Shown here: piece after piece, positions 36,911 through 50,000 of the stretch
Layout: each line of letters opens with the position of its first letter
Position numbering within the stretch: position 1 is the first letter of the stretch
Origin: Takakia lepidozioides
Taxonomy: Eukaryota; Plantae; Bryophyta
Direction: 5' to 3'
DNA length: 64,000 nt
Assembly: GCA_030704615.1 (NCBI GenBank)
Contig: CM060731.1
Coordinates: 89,776,001-89,840,000 of the forward strand
Notes under the pieces: model-generated
Database searches by the model: none
Seen by the model: only the letters and a program-made list of their open reading frames with translations
Told to the model about the DNA's origin: nothing
Program-made: the position numbers and the translations under genes

Positions 36911-37637
36911 CAGTGTTGGGCGGGTATATATGTTGATATATATACCCAGCCGGGTAATAATCAGGGTATCATACTATTGAGACCCGCCACCCAAATTTTT
37001 GGTGGACCCGGCTTGAGTTAGAACCGGCGATGGCCATCTCGCCACTTACCCGGCCCAAGCTAGAACCGGCAGGGGCCAACTTGGCTTATTACATGGAACC
37101 GGACTTGAACCTTGAAAATCAGACGGGTAGTAACTTTGAACAATACCTTGAGATTTTATTAGAACCTGGCTGCATTCATGGGTAGTAATTATGTAGCCAC
37201 ATGGGGTCCGCATTTAAGAGGACTATTAGTCAAAGGCTTTTGGAAGAAAAACCCATATATGGAGTTGTTGTAGGACTCCTATCTCTTTTCTTTTTTTCCC
37301 TTTTCTGAACCAATTCTGGTCCTCTTAATTGTGATTCTTCATATTTCATTTTGTTTGTTTTTTTCTTTCTTTCTGGTCCTCTTAAAATCTTAATGTATCA
37401 TAACTGAAAATCAGGTTATATTGATAACCGTTGTATGGGACCCGGTGGTATTCCACTTGGATAATGGCATATTGATAACTTGAGAACTTTTTTTGGGGGA
37501 CACTTCTACTGATAACCTCTATCCGCCACAATTTCCAAACCCCTACATTATATATAACCGCCTCCATACCGATTTAAACAAAGATGCCTTACCCGGACCC
37601 TTCAATATGCCCAAATTGTCATACCCGCCCAACACTC
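36911..37637. mobile_element. Non-autonomous hAT element (MITE), 727 bp
   Basis: TIR CAGTGTTGGGCGGGTAT / ATACCCGCCCAACACTC; 8-bp TSD GTATGGAC at 36903-36910 and 37638-37645. Confidence 0.93.
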
Positions 37638-37659
37638 GTATGGACTTTGCTGCTGGACA

Positions 37660-39030
37660 GTGTTCATAAGCAGAAAATCCTGCCAGCCTGGTGGAACTCA
37701 GCAGGCCTTCCATCCTCCCCACAATCCCTCTCCCTCCTTTCAAAAGCTCTAGCCTGGGACATCTTTGCAGACATGTTTTCAGTTCTTAGAGACGGAGGGA
37801 CCCACTTCGTACCTTTTCAAAACAATTGCAAACGAAAAAAGGCAACGATTGTGTTCACCTGTCAGCTCCCTGTTTTGATCCATCCTCCACAAGGGTTCAA
37901 GTGGTTCTCCACCCCGCCCCCATCCGACAAGCGTTCAAAGTACTTCTTCCTCCCATAATGGCCATCAAGTCACGCAAAGAGCGTGGGCCTGATAGTCACA
38001 CCCACATGAATCTGTCTCTTGTCTCAGTAGCGCCATCATCTCCAGCACTGGCTGGTAGGCGGCGACTTCAATATGGTGGAGGAAAAAAGAGGCAGGCTTG
38101 GGAGATTGGTGCATGGTCTCTCCATGACAGATAAAAACACATGGGATGCCATGTGCTTGTTAGTGGGGCTGCTCGACGCTTCGTCTCCAAGCCAGGGCGA
38201 ATTGAAATTCACATGGTCAAACAACAGGGACCCCCCTCACTTGTGCCAGGCTCGGTTGGACAGATTTTACTGCTCCTACACTCTGAAGTCTTGGTCAACC
38301 AGTGTCCCGCTGCAGCCTATCCTCCCGGAGTTTGACCATGCCATGGTGCAACTGATGCTCAACACCCCGGGGTTCAGGGTGAGAGGCAGGGGCTTTTTCA
38401 AGCTAAACCCCATCATGTTGCAGGACCCCTTCGTCATACAGACCCTTCAAAATGCCTGGGAATCGGCAACCACCCAGCTAGCCTTGCCCACTGCAAGATT
38501 CTTGGCGAAGATGGAACTGTTAAGAGACCTTTGTAAAGTCATGGCAAGGGAGAAGGCAGACAACAATACTAGAAGGCAAAAGGCTCTGACTAAGTGCTTG
38601 GAAGTCTGCCAGTTTAAGCTGCAGTTGGGTCTGGAGGGAGCGCACACCATATCTGCATACAAGGATGCCAAGAGAAATCTCTCCACACTGTTACATGCCA
38701 AGGAGCAATTTTCCAGAGTCAAAGCTGGAGTCAATTGGAGCCTTAAAGGGAAAAAGATGAATAGATATTTCTTTGTTAAGGCTGCGCAGCGGCAAGCTGC
38801 CACAATGGTCCCAGCTTTGCGAGATGCAGATGGACATTTGGTAGGTAAGCCAAAAATCATGACAGAAGTGGCAGCCTCATATTTTCAAGCTCTGTTTCAA
38901 AGGCAAGATGCTTCGCAGCAGAAACAAGAGGCAACAGCGGCCCTGCTGCACCACATCCCCTGCTCGATCACTCAACTGGACAAATCAAACCTGGCGGCCC
39001 CCCTGTCAGTGTATGAGGTTATCAATAGTC
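37660..39030 (+). pseudogene. LINE ORF2 N-terminal part (AP endonuclease and linker)
   Basis: FTWSN, ARLDRFY, (S/F)DH, FKLNP, KMNRYFF and YFQALF. Ends at LAAPLSVYEVINSL, just before where the RT-proximal KSPGPDG motif is expected. Confidence 0.85.
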
Positions 39031-39083
39031 TGGGTTTAGTTTTCCGTTACAAAGCCGCGTCTATTCCGCATAGTACTTTCATC

Positions 39084-40591
39084 ATGTCCGGAAATGTTGC
39101 TTCGAACGCAGTGTCAGGGGGTTCCTCGGGAAGTGGGCGTAAAGGTAGGAAGCGTAAACATGCACATGAACGGGATAGTCAGGTCAACAAAAAAGACTAT
39201 CCAAGCGCAGAGGCCGTGAAGGTGGTGAAGCAAGTAGTGCTGGATTATTTGAAGGACAATGACATAATGCATTTAAATCTTTTTGTATGTCCGACATGGG
39301 AATGAGGGGTTCCTTAGATTCCAGCACAATATGGAGATGAGAATGAGGGAGGCTTTGGCCGGGGATGAATGGGAGGAGGACAGGGCGAAGTTCCAGTTCA
39401 CGAAATGGATGGAGGACCGGGCCCATGATGCCATATGGAATCTGAGGCAAACCATGGACAAGTTTGTTATGAGAACACCTGTAGCTGAAGGTCGCATGCC
39501 AACTTCGGAGGAGGAGTTGTTTGTGCTTGTGGATTGGTGGTCTGACATGGCAAAGGCCCACGCCAAACGACGTACGAAACCACTCCAATGGAAGGCAAGG
39601 TCCTCATTCGCGGATGCGGCATTGAACGTGAGATACATATCCACAAACGCACAGGTACAACAACTCGACGCGCCCAAACAGAGAGGGTATGGTACAATTC
39701 GGAGGGTTAGAATTGTTGGGGATCAATTCATTCCTCCATCTTGGGAGTTAGTAGGGAAAACGCCCAGGGAAACAAATGCTGAGCTTGCCAAAGTCCAACA
39801 TAACAATGAGGCGTTGGCTGTAAAGTTCCATCATTTCGGCATCATAAAGTTTTGCGTTGCATCCACGTCGAAATGAAGGTTACACACATTGGTGGAATGG
39901 GGGGACCATACGATCATGGTTGAGTATTGACAAGAAATGGGGGAATGATCGGGATAACATAGAGTTAATGGAATGACGGGGGACGGAGCAGGAAATGCAG
40001 GAGGTCAACCGACTGGTTCGATTCCGACAGAATCGCACCCAATTGGCATGGGCGCTTTTGCACATCATGCTCAACATCCATAATCACCACATCTTGCACA
40101 ACGACATGTCCCCCGACAACATCTTGTTGCATTTTCCATAAGGGTCTGAAGATGTGTACATCGGGGTATGCGATTGGGGGATGGCCTCCACGACGGATGA
40201 CCCAAAAACCACGTTGTACATTTTCGAGAACAGAGACAAGATGATAAAGACTCTCGCACATAGATGGCGGATTGCACCTGAAATTGCAATAGTTCATAAT
40301 GTAGCCAACAACCAGTCAGATGGCACACCTCATAGGCCCCCTCTAATCGTGTCATTAGAGATCTTTGCAATTGGGAAGATAGCCCAGACAATAAATGGGG
40401 GTAACACGTTCGATGCAAGCCTGTTCAACGATATGTCTACTGGAACCTGTTTTGCTTCCGCTCTAGAAAACTTATGTGTAGACACAGTAGAGTTGCGGTA
40501 CAAACTAGAAAATGTTGTGAAGTGTTTCATGACGGGGCTATTCAATTGGCCTGAGCCCAAAAATTGCTGGAGGATGAATAGAAACTTATAG
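39084..40591 (+). pseudogene. Intronless protein kinase pseudogene (TE cargo)
   Basis: G-loop RGYGTI, ELVGK, WNGGT, catalytic loop HNDMSPDNILL (from 40097), DWG and IAPE. Two frameshifts and several stops. Confidence 0.88.
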
Positions 40592-41331
40592 ACCTCTGAC
40601 TGTACATCATGTTTGAATAAATGTTGTTTTCAATTGTGTTTGTCTCGTACCATAATGTTTTAATGGTTTGTTACTTGGCCATGGCACCTGGGTCCATCAT
40701 ATGGGATAATGAAGCACCACACCCACGAATCTTGAAGAGTGACAGTGTACACCGGGTCAATGGGTGAACCAATCGTTCCCCTGCCAAATGATTTTAGATT
40801 GATTTGAAACTTTGGGGGTGTCTTGTACATGCCCTCTTTAAGTTACCGGACAAGTATGAGGTCAATCTAAAATAGTTCTAAGGGTGAACCAATAGTTCCC
40901 CTATTAAATGATTCATGATTGAAAATTGGTTGAAAGGTTTAACGAGTCGTTCGGGGGGCAAATGATTATTTCTTCGCTTGCAACTATGTGTATGTGATTT
41001 GTACGTACTTAAGCACATATGGACCAAAATTGAACTTCAACAAAGCTGTTTGAATGGGTTATTCAAATTCATAAGGAGAAACAACCTTTCGCCTGCACAT
41101 GAATTATTTTTAATTCCATTCTGAAGCCATATGCTTGATAACAACATGAAGAGTTGCATGCAAAATATCACCATGAACAGACATCGTCTGCATCCAAAAC
41201 ACATTTTATTCCCTCATTTGCCCTCCAAGGTGAAGTTATCTTCAACTTCATGCACTCTTCATAGAGGGTTCTGCAATAGTGAGCATAGAGCAAAGATGAA
41301 CGTTTTTCAACTTTTTCATTTTTTTAAAATA

Positions 41332-41565
41332 GGTGCGACCACCAGCAGGGGATGGTCGCACGTTTTTAATTATTTTTTAAATGGGTGCGACCACCAGCCG
41401 GTGGTGGTCGCAAACTTTTTCTTTTTTGTTATTAGGTGCGACCGCTTATGGGGGGTTGCACATTTTCGTTTTGTTTTTAAAATGGTGCGACCACCAGCAG
41501 GGGGGGGTCGCATCACTTTTTTTGTTTTTTTATTAGCTGCGACCACCCATAGGTGCGACCGCTCC
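41332..41565. repeat. Palindromic GTGCGACCACC..GGTGGTCGCA array, variant of the 1.8-7.3 kb arrays
   Basis: Five to six units with T-rich spacers, directly visible. Confidence 0.85.
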
Positions 41566-43799
41566 CTGGACACGGGACACTCTGGTGGGGGAAGCAAGCC
41601 GAGTAATAGTTGCGGAGGCTTGCATCCAAACTTTGGATTTGCCTTGCGGGAAAAACCCCCAGGGGCAGATCGGTATTATTCAATACTTACCAAGATCTGT
41701 TGACTGAGGGGCGGAAGGCTTGGTTAACTGTCTGTGCAGCTGTTTCCAGAACTTCGGAGCAGCGAGGGAGGAAATTGCTTCAAGACTTCCATGACACCTG
41801 GGGCAAAAGCAGCATGCTCGGCACCGGTATTTCCAACTCTAAATTCACTTGGCAACATTCCATCCCTTCTCAATGGGAGGTCCCCTGGTGAAGGTGATGA
41901 GGGAGATTGCAACTGGTGCCATAAATGTGCTAGAGCCCCCAAATTCCACACGCAGCTAAAGTTCTAGAAGTCTGGCATCTGCATTCGCCTCTGCGATGGT
42001 TCCGAGTTGCATCACCCTCAAAATCTACTTCCACCATCCCCTGGCATCCCTTGCTGGTTTCAAGTCTTTTTCAAGACTTAGCTCATTGTTTTTTCCTGAC
42101 ATTGTCTACTTCTCTACAGTGAATCCCTGCGTCTAAATCTCCCCCCACCCTACCACATCTCTCTCGGTCCCCCGCACCACTCTCTCGACCCCTCCTTCTC
42201 AAAGTCATCTCTTTGGGTTTCCTTGCTCCTTTCCCTTAGCATATTCGCTATGGTTCCGGGGAAGTTCCCCCTCAGTAAGCCTCCCCCCCCCCCCGGGTGG
42301 TTATTTTTTCCACCCTTGTGTAACTCCTTCTTATTTAATTTGATCAACAGGGCTTCTGTCCCCTTTCTTTAATAATAATTAAAAAAAGAAAGAAAGTATT
42401 AGGCAATTTCGGGGTTCTGGGATTTATAATAATGACCCTGGTGGCAGGTCAAGCATTTCAGCAGCCCTGACTGTGCCCTAAGCTTTTATTTTGAAAGAAA
42501 CGGCACAGCTTATCATGTAAACAAACAACCCAAGATCCCACGTGCGGGTGAGGATGGAAGGCTGGTGTTTTGATCTTGTGGATTATGTACAGGCAGTGCA
42601 GGGCAGGCAGTGCAGGGCTGCACATCCACCTCAGAAACTGTTGCAAAATGTAGAGTGATATCTAGGAAACAAGAAGACATGCTCCTGACTAAGAAACTGT
42701 CTTTTGGGGTGGTAGATGGTATCGCTGACATGAGTCATGTTCACTTAATACCAATGTAAATCTTTCAAACAAGACTGGAACCACACCACAAGACATTACC
42801 TCGTTTCCAACCGAGAGTGTGCATAGTGCTGTATGGAGAAGGTTCGCACAACAATCTCTATTACTAAAGCATTAGACTGCGTGGCTCAGTTTTTTGGTGG
42901 AATTTAACATGTGCAAGGGTGGCATCCAAAGTTGCAGCAATTGCATTTCATTCTTCCTTCAGTCATCTGCTGACAGTACCATTTCGAAACTGCTTAGCTG
43001 TTTGTTTCCTGGTGAATATTTGTACAGGCTTCTGACCCCATAAGAGGAGAAAGAAGGAACTCTCTCACACTGTGCAATACAGGTCTTTCCTGACTATGGT
43101 AGATGTAGGCATATTGACTTCAAATCCCATGTCTGTAGCCTTGACTCTTCTGAACCACCGATTGCTTCTTCATCTCAATCTCAAAACCATGTGTTGTAAG
43201 TGTCCATCTGCAAAAGCCGAGGTAAAATCGCCTGCCCTGCTCCATGTGTCCAGCATTTTCTTGCCTCCAGTCAAGCCATATTTACTGGAACAGAGATGGG
43301 CATTGTGTTAGAAGACAAGCTGCAATGGGCAGCAGACACTCCCAAGTACAGACTAATAGGAGAATCTCCCTCTTTTGGGCTTTCTGTGCATGAGAGTTCC
43401 TTTCTTTCATTCTTATTTCTCTCTATCCATGGAATGCTGGAAACTCCTACTAGGGGGTGCCCTCTGCGACATCCCACCCTATATTCCTCGCCAACTGCAG
43501 ACTTGCTTTAGTGTTAGTTTAGAAATAAAAATGGGCTCCAGTAAGTCACTTGTACAGCTTCCCCATTAAAGGCCATGAAGACAGAAGACCATTTTTTCCC
43601 CTCCAACGTCACGGTTGAGATTAGGGATTCCTCACCCCTGGCAGAGTCATTCAGTTATGAAGAGAGAGGCACTTGGCAGCCTACCTACAAGAGGCACTTT
43701 GCAGAGTCCCTCAGCTATGAAGATCAGAGGTGCTTGGCAGCCTAAGGATCAATAGATGGGACCTACCACTTGGTTCTTCATCTTTGCTGCCCCCATGTG

Positions 43800-46700
43800 T
43801 CATGAGCTCTTCGAGCTTTCTGCAGAGAGTATGAAGTTTCTTTCTTCTTTCGTTCTCATGTTTCTTTCTGTCTCACCTCCCTCTCTTGTTCTGTCCAAAC
43901 CAACCACAGGGTCTATGATAACGACTCAGCTACAGCAAGCAAAGTATAGTGAGTACATGACTTGTGGTACAAATGTGATTCTATCACATCGTAATCACAA
44001 TCATTGATTACCCAACCTAAAACAACCTGAAAGCTTTGTACACTGGAAAGATAAAGACCTGCTAATTGTTGTTCATAACGCTGCAATTGTAGCATAAAAC
44101 CAGCATTTGGGGACGCTTCAGGTCGCTTACTCTTCACCAGCTCCAGCGCTTGTGCAAGTGTCATACGATACCTCTTCATTAGATAGGCTACCACCACTGT
44201 CACGCTGTACACCATAACAGGTCTCTTCAGTGCTTCAGCCACAGTTAAATTCCTGGTTTAATGTAAGGGAGCCTACCCAGCAGCTCCCCCCCAGCTTGCA
44301 AATACATCTATGTCACCTCATCTCAACTGTCAACCTCTTACCTGACGCCATACAACTGCTATGAGTAGGTTCCTTCGTAAATCTTGAATAACCTAAGCAA
44401 GATGCCAGTAAAGGGTAATGCTTTCAGAGGATTTTGAAATGCATGCTAATGAATCCACGCTACAATGGTTATTGAATCCACGCTACATCTACTCCTCAAC
44501 ATTTAGCAATTACTGTCTTACAGTTTACCACAGGAGTGATTTCCAGCACCTTAGCAGGTGGGCATCTCGTGCGAGACACCTTAGGTTGAAGGAAGCTGTT
44601 TAATGGGAGGTGGTGTCACGAAGAATGTGCAGACTGAAACAGAGAGGAGAGAAGCTTAGGAGATGGTGCACATTCCCCTTACGCCTACGACCAACACCCA
44701 AGTTGGATGGAAAGAAAAATAGGGGAAAGAGAGGCAATGAAAGATAAGAGGTCAGAATGGGGGAGTACAATTGCTGAGGCTTGCTCCGGTAATTGCAGTT
44801 AGTGATGTGTGCTATGACCCTCCAAACTGTCTTTCACCTAGGGTGCATTAACATTGAATGCTCGTACGAAGTCAGACGAAGGACCCACCTTTATGCACTC
44901 TCACCTATAACAAACTGAGTAATTTCTGACTGTCTTCAGGGAGGTCCAGGGGATTGTCCTCAGGCAATGGACATGAATACTTGGAGGCTTAAGAACTTAA
45001 TACAGTACTAGCTGACCAAAGGCCCACTTACATTTAGTCTTGCACAAATTTTGGGAATAATGTGTGTGCCTCGAGCAGTGCATTCAGCAGTGTGTAGATA
45101 CACCTGTTTTCATGAAAACAGGGCCTACCACTTAGGAATGTCCACTGCACACTGAATGCTATCCCAGTCAACACTGTGGTCCTGCAACGGACATGGTGTA
45201 CCAAGTGAATGAGAGAAAGCAGGCCCTTATACCTTCTAGAGCGGCCAGCAAAGCAGTGCACCAAGACCGAACCTCCAGTGGAGAGCGCCCCGTCAATGAA
45301 GGAAAAGCATGTATTGAAGTGTTTTGCCAGGTCCACATCCACTCCATCCAATACTGCGGCCACCAGTATCATCAAATTCATGGAGGTCAATAACGTCTGC
45401 AAAAAGTGGTAGGTGGTGCCCAGGAGCACCAGATATACAACAAAGAAGGGGAATGAACTGCCTTATCAAGAATGGACCAAGATTTGTCGTTGTATTATCC
45501 TTTTTGCAAGCACACAATTTTACATGTCAAAACTTGAGCCCACAAAGGATGAATAATCCATTGAGAGTACCCTGAATTTGAATAAAGAAATCCAGCACAA
45601 GACCAGCTTGGAAAGAAGGTATCACAGCGTCCTGCACGTGTGGTTATGCTTGTCTAATTTTCATTAGCACTGTAAGATGCCTACCAAGTTGTAAGTACAT
45701 CTCCGATCACATCTCAATATGCTGCCTACAGAAAGTACTGTAGAGAGCACTCACCATCAATGCGCAAGTATGTGAAATCAAGGGGATAAGGCATGTCCAC
45801 GGCATTTGCAACTAACAAGATGTGGGTAATCTGGTGATCCCGAAGCACCAACTTGTTGAATGCTGCTCCAATGGAACCCAGGAAAAACCCCTGCAACCCT
45901 TGCTTGTCAGGCCCCTTGCTGTCTAAAGCCATCATCTATGAGAGACCCTTCTATTCATCTCCAAGAAAGCTCTTGTATATCTGAAGCCCTGCCACTCTAA
46001 CACACACACTCTCTCTCATATTCTTTCTTTCTTCATTCTTTCTCTCCCACAAAACGCACAGTCTGTCTCAGTTCAGCCTTGGAGTATTGCTCCGCTGTAA
46101 AGTGGAAAATCCCACAGAGAGTAGCCTGGAAGCTGTACAATGCACAGCCCTAAGAATGTTGTGTCAAGCTCCTCCAAAACCACTAGCCTTGCTGGAACAA
46201 CAGAATTGTTGTGCCTGATCTCAGAATGGATATATCCAGGACAAACCTCCACAAGAGGTGAGTGGAGGAGGGTAGGCCAAGACTAGTAAGGCCCCGGAGG
46301 AAATGCTGCTCAGAAAAGAATAAGCTGTAGCCTCACAGAATCTACTCTGACTGGAGCAAGTGGGACCAAGGTCTAACTGAAGGCCCTTGCCACCAGGGAA
46401 GCCTCTGTACACTATGGTAGCCAGCTTGGGGAAATGGAACCCATGGATCTGATGTGCGGGCATGAAGGTGAAGATAGCAGCATTGTGAATGTTCTACTGA
46501 AAGAAAGGCCCCTTCAAAAGCATCAGGAGGATTATCACTGTTTCCCTCGGTTCAAGAAGCCCAAGACAAGGCTAAAAGCTTGACTCTCCACAGGTCTGAA
46601 TTCCAGGATGATACTTTGCATTGAGAGTACATTTTGTCACAGAATGTGTAAAACCCAAATCAACTTCATTCTTAATGTAAGTCCCACATAGCCATCCATG

Positions 46701-47072
46701 TTGCTAGTGCTCAAACTCTCATCTTCTCTTCCCTCCCATCCTACACACCCCTTCCCGGCTAGATGCAGGCTAAGGCAGAAGGCTGTCAAGGAGGATGTCA
46801 CTTCGAACAAACACACATACTAGGCTAAACTACAGAGATTCACACACCTGCTTGATCTCACAGGGCACATTATCATTCCTCAGATATTTGGCAAGTAAAA
46901 ACGCGCGCATGAACTTTGCCACTTTTTGTTTGTCTAAGCCCTCAGGTGATCTGGACCTCCCTCTCATGGTCAGAACTTGGTCTGTTTGGTTGCTCACTGG
47001 AACTGCCTCCGCACTGTCTGTAGTTTCAAAGGGGGGTGCTGGTGTGGGAAGCATCTGTCTCTGCATAGTCAT
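43800..47072 (-). CDS. Host dual-specificity protein phosphatase (DsPTP1/DUSP-like), 5 coding exons: 47072-46848, 45890-45755, 45353-45233, 44204-44059, 43912-43800
   Basis: Phase-consistent GT-AG introns join DNVPCEIKQ|GFFLGSIGAA..ITHILLVA..RID|VLD..VLVHCFAGRSR|SVTVVVAYLM..KRPEASPNAGFMLQL, with an intact HCxxGxxRS catalytic loop. The start codon and last exon are less certain. A possible 5'UTR exon donor lies near 49977. Confidence 0.9.
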
Positions 47073-50000
47073 CAACTTCTTCACAATCTGCATGCAGCAG
47101 TTTATATTACTCTGTCCCTGCACAGACCCACAAGAAATAATTATATGTTCAGAGACTCTCTACCCAACCATAGAACCACCACAAACAAGAGAGATGACAA
47201 CTTGAAGCCCTGTGGTTCACCCCTGAGCCTTTTACATGCTTCTTAACTAAGCTAAGAGCAGTCTCAAACTTGCTTTCCATGGTGAAAGGTATAGGTGGCA
47301 CTTGGAGCATGTTCAGAGGTGCTTTTGCTACAAGAAAGAGTCAGGATTACTTTATATGTAGTCAAAGTAGGTCATCTGTGCTATATATTACTTGTCTCTG
47401 TGACCATGGCCTTGTGACTCCTCGCCTATGTTTGTTTGCTTCAGGTAAGTAGTGCATTGGATTTAGTTGAAGAGAAGGGGTCTCTCCTTTAGAATATGCC
47501 TATGGGAAATTCCCCACAGCTCTTATGGAGTGTTGATCTCTGAATGCTAATAAGCGAATCCCTTGGGCAGCCCCTCTGCTCAAAGTGGGCAGTGGCATGC
47601 TCTGGCTTGCATGCTCGACACTTGGGTTTAAATGCCCTTGTGTTTAAATCTCGTACCTGCTATAATACATCTCATTTTCCAGATAATGCTCGTACCCCAC
47701 AGGGTGAGTGATTCATCGGAGCTGGTTACTTACGTCAGAACTGGAGCTTCTTGTGTAGTTTTTGGGGTGAATCCCAGGAAGGATGTCATGTCCCTTAAAA
47801 CTACTGGCTCAAGTTTAGGATTGGATTATCTGGCTGATGGCACCCTCTCGAGACTTGGTAACAGAGGTGCTAACAGAGATTTGCTATTCTCAATACCCTC
47901 ACTGACCTGCAAGCTGACCCTTGGCACAATGAGATTCTCTCAGCCTTGCAAGCACAACAGGGACTTAAGGGTACTCAACCTAGAAGGAGGTTGCTTACAT
48001 CTAAGCAGTAAGTTAAACCTGGGAAGTAGAGACCTGGGAAAATGAGACCTGGGAAAATGAGGGTAGCATCCACTGTGTTGCAGAGTAACAGGATTCTGTG
48101 AGATAAGGGGGGCCATTTCTTGCAAGTCCATGGCAAGAAATTGCTGGAGGCACGCAGAAAGGGAAGACTAAAATCCATATGGTATGTACTAGAGACAGCC
48201 TTTGAAGATATTAGTGCGTCCCATCCTGATCTGGCCTCATGTGTCATCCGGCTCTCCCTGGGTCTTAACATTCTACAGGCAACCCCTAAGAATATGGCCC
48301 TTTCTGTCGAAATCTGGGCCATTTTGGAAAGCATGGAGAAGGACTTCCCGGAGCAAGTTCAAAAGACTTGAACCAATTTTACTTAAAGGCAGGTATCCCC
48401 AAGGGACAAACTTTCAGACACAGATTTACTTAATTTACAGTAAGTACCGTTGTCAGTCAAGAAGAAAGAGAGCTGAAGGAAACAGAGTAGTACACAGAGC
48501 AGTGTACTAATGTGTAATGGCCTTCAAATTCCTCCACAAATATCCCCAGCCTCACCATTATCTCCGATGTCAGTGATTTCCTTCCTCTGCTTAAAACTCA
48601 TCCTCAAGCATCTAAAGAAGGTACATCCTGCAGAAGTTCACAGACTAGCAGTTAGTATGCACCAGTTTCCTTGAAGACTTTTGTGGGACAGGTTTGTCCT
48701 GCAGGTGAGTATCACCAACCTATTTCAATGATGCGAACAATTGGAACCTCAGCTCAACGTTGTAGTATATGCCACATCACTTCCATGCTTGGATCCGTTC
48801 CCACACAGATGACTAAAAAACTTCAGGAGAAGCAGTGCCAAAGCGTTTCACTGCCATCAGGTAATTCTTCAGTTGGAGGACTTATAAACGATTCTGAACA
48901 TATATCTCTTGCCTGTTCTATTAAGTTGTAAGTGTGAGAATCCAAACTCGAATCTCACAAGGAATTTCGAAATCTAGGTCAGTAAGGAAGGGAATGCCAG
49001 ATCTCTTCCCTCACCCCAAACCGACCAAGGCATGCAGTGTCCAGTAAATCAAGTGCAGGTCAATCCTGCATCACTGCACCATTAACCGCACATAGCCTGG
49101 TAACATCGAACCATGTGCACCCAAGTTCCCTTAACGATACTGAGTAGTATCCACCTTCCCTTATGGGGAATGGGAATTTGTTAATGTGCCTATTTCTCCC
49201 ACTTTGGTCAGCTCAAGGCACGGTCGGCCTACAGCTCAATGGAACAAGGGTTTTATTATCCTCTCCCCTTGCCACCCCGATCCTGGAGGCCATCTCTTCA
49301 GCACCTTCAGCTTCAGGGAACTCTATACCTATCCTCGTAAGCCCGCATTCTTGAAGTAGCTTTTCGTGTGGATCTTTCCCGCGGCTCTCACGACATCTGA
49401 AAGAAGCCCGCTGCCTCTATAAACCACTGTAAAAAGGGCCTCCAGAGCAACGAGAGCGGCATGGAACTGATTGTAAGTGACCATCTAACACAAAATGCAA
49501 CAGTTGGCGCATTGATTTCGGCGCATTCGCCTTTTTCAGTACAATTCGTCCAGTCATGAAAAATTATACTCTGACAATCACCACAACTTCTTTACGGACA
49601 GGTAACAGAGTCAGCACTTCCACACGAACAATACGGATATTCTCCAGACATCAATAGGCACCACAATTAAACGCTTCTTCTTGAACCACAGGGCAGGCAG
49701 AAAGAAAACAGGAATCGAGCGTGAACCAGGGCCCTCAATAGCGCACTGGCATGTCTCTCCCCACTTCCACCCGTATTATCCTCGACTCTCCGTCTTCACA
49801 TAATCTAAAAAGCTGGATAGGGATCATGAAAAACTCCTTAATTACAATCTTTCCTCCGACTACTAATTCTGCTTTGTAACAACAATGTAATTCACAATGC
49901 AAGTGAAACAAGATCGATCGAACGTGCTCTCCTCAACCTCGCAACGGAGCAAAACCGCAGACCAGTTGAGATTGTACCTCAGTCCGCCAATTTCGCCATA

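Larger units (their letters stand above)
34900..42396 (+). mobile_element. L1-clade LINE, decayed, RT region missing, two internal insertions
   Basis: ORF1 and ORF2 remnants; C-terminal ORF2-like text at 41610-41890; A-rich tail AATAATAATTAAAAAAAGAAAGAAAG at 42371-42396. The 5' boundary is approximate. Confidence 0.8.

Noticed and set aside
38073-39305. 410-aa ORF as a genuine single gene
   Set aside because: It is a chimera of LINE ORF2 and the kinase leader across a rearrangement junction, and it stops before the kinase domain.
47400-49450. Short ORFs within the presumed 5' intron of the phosphatase gene
   Set aside because: No recognisable motifs in any frame that I could verify; possibly very old TE debris.
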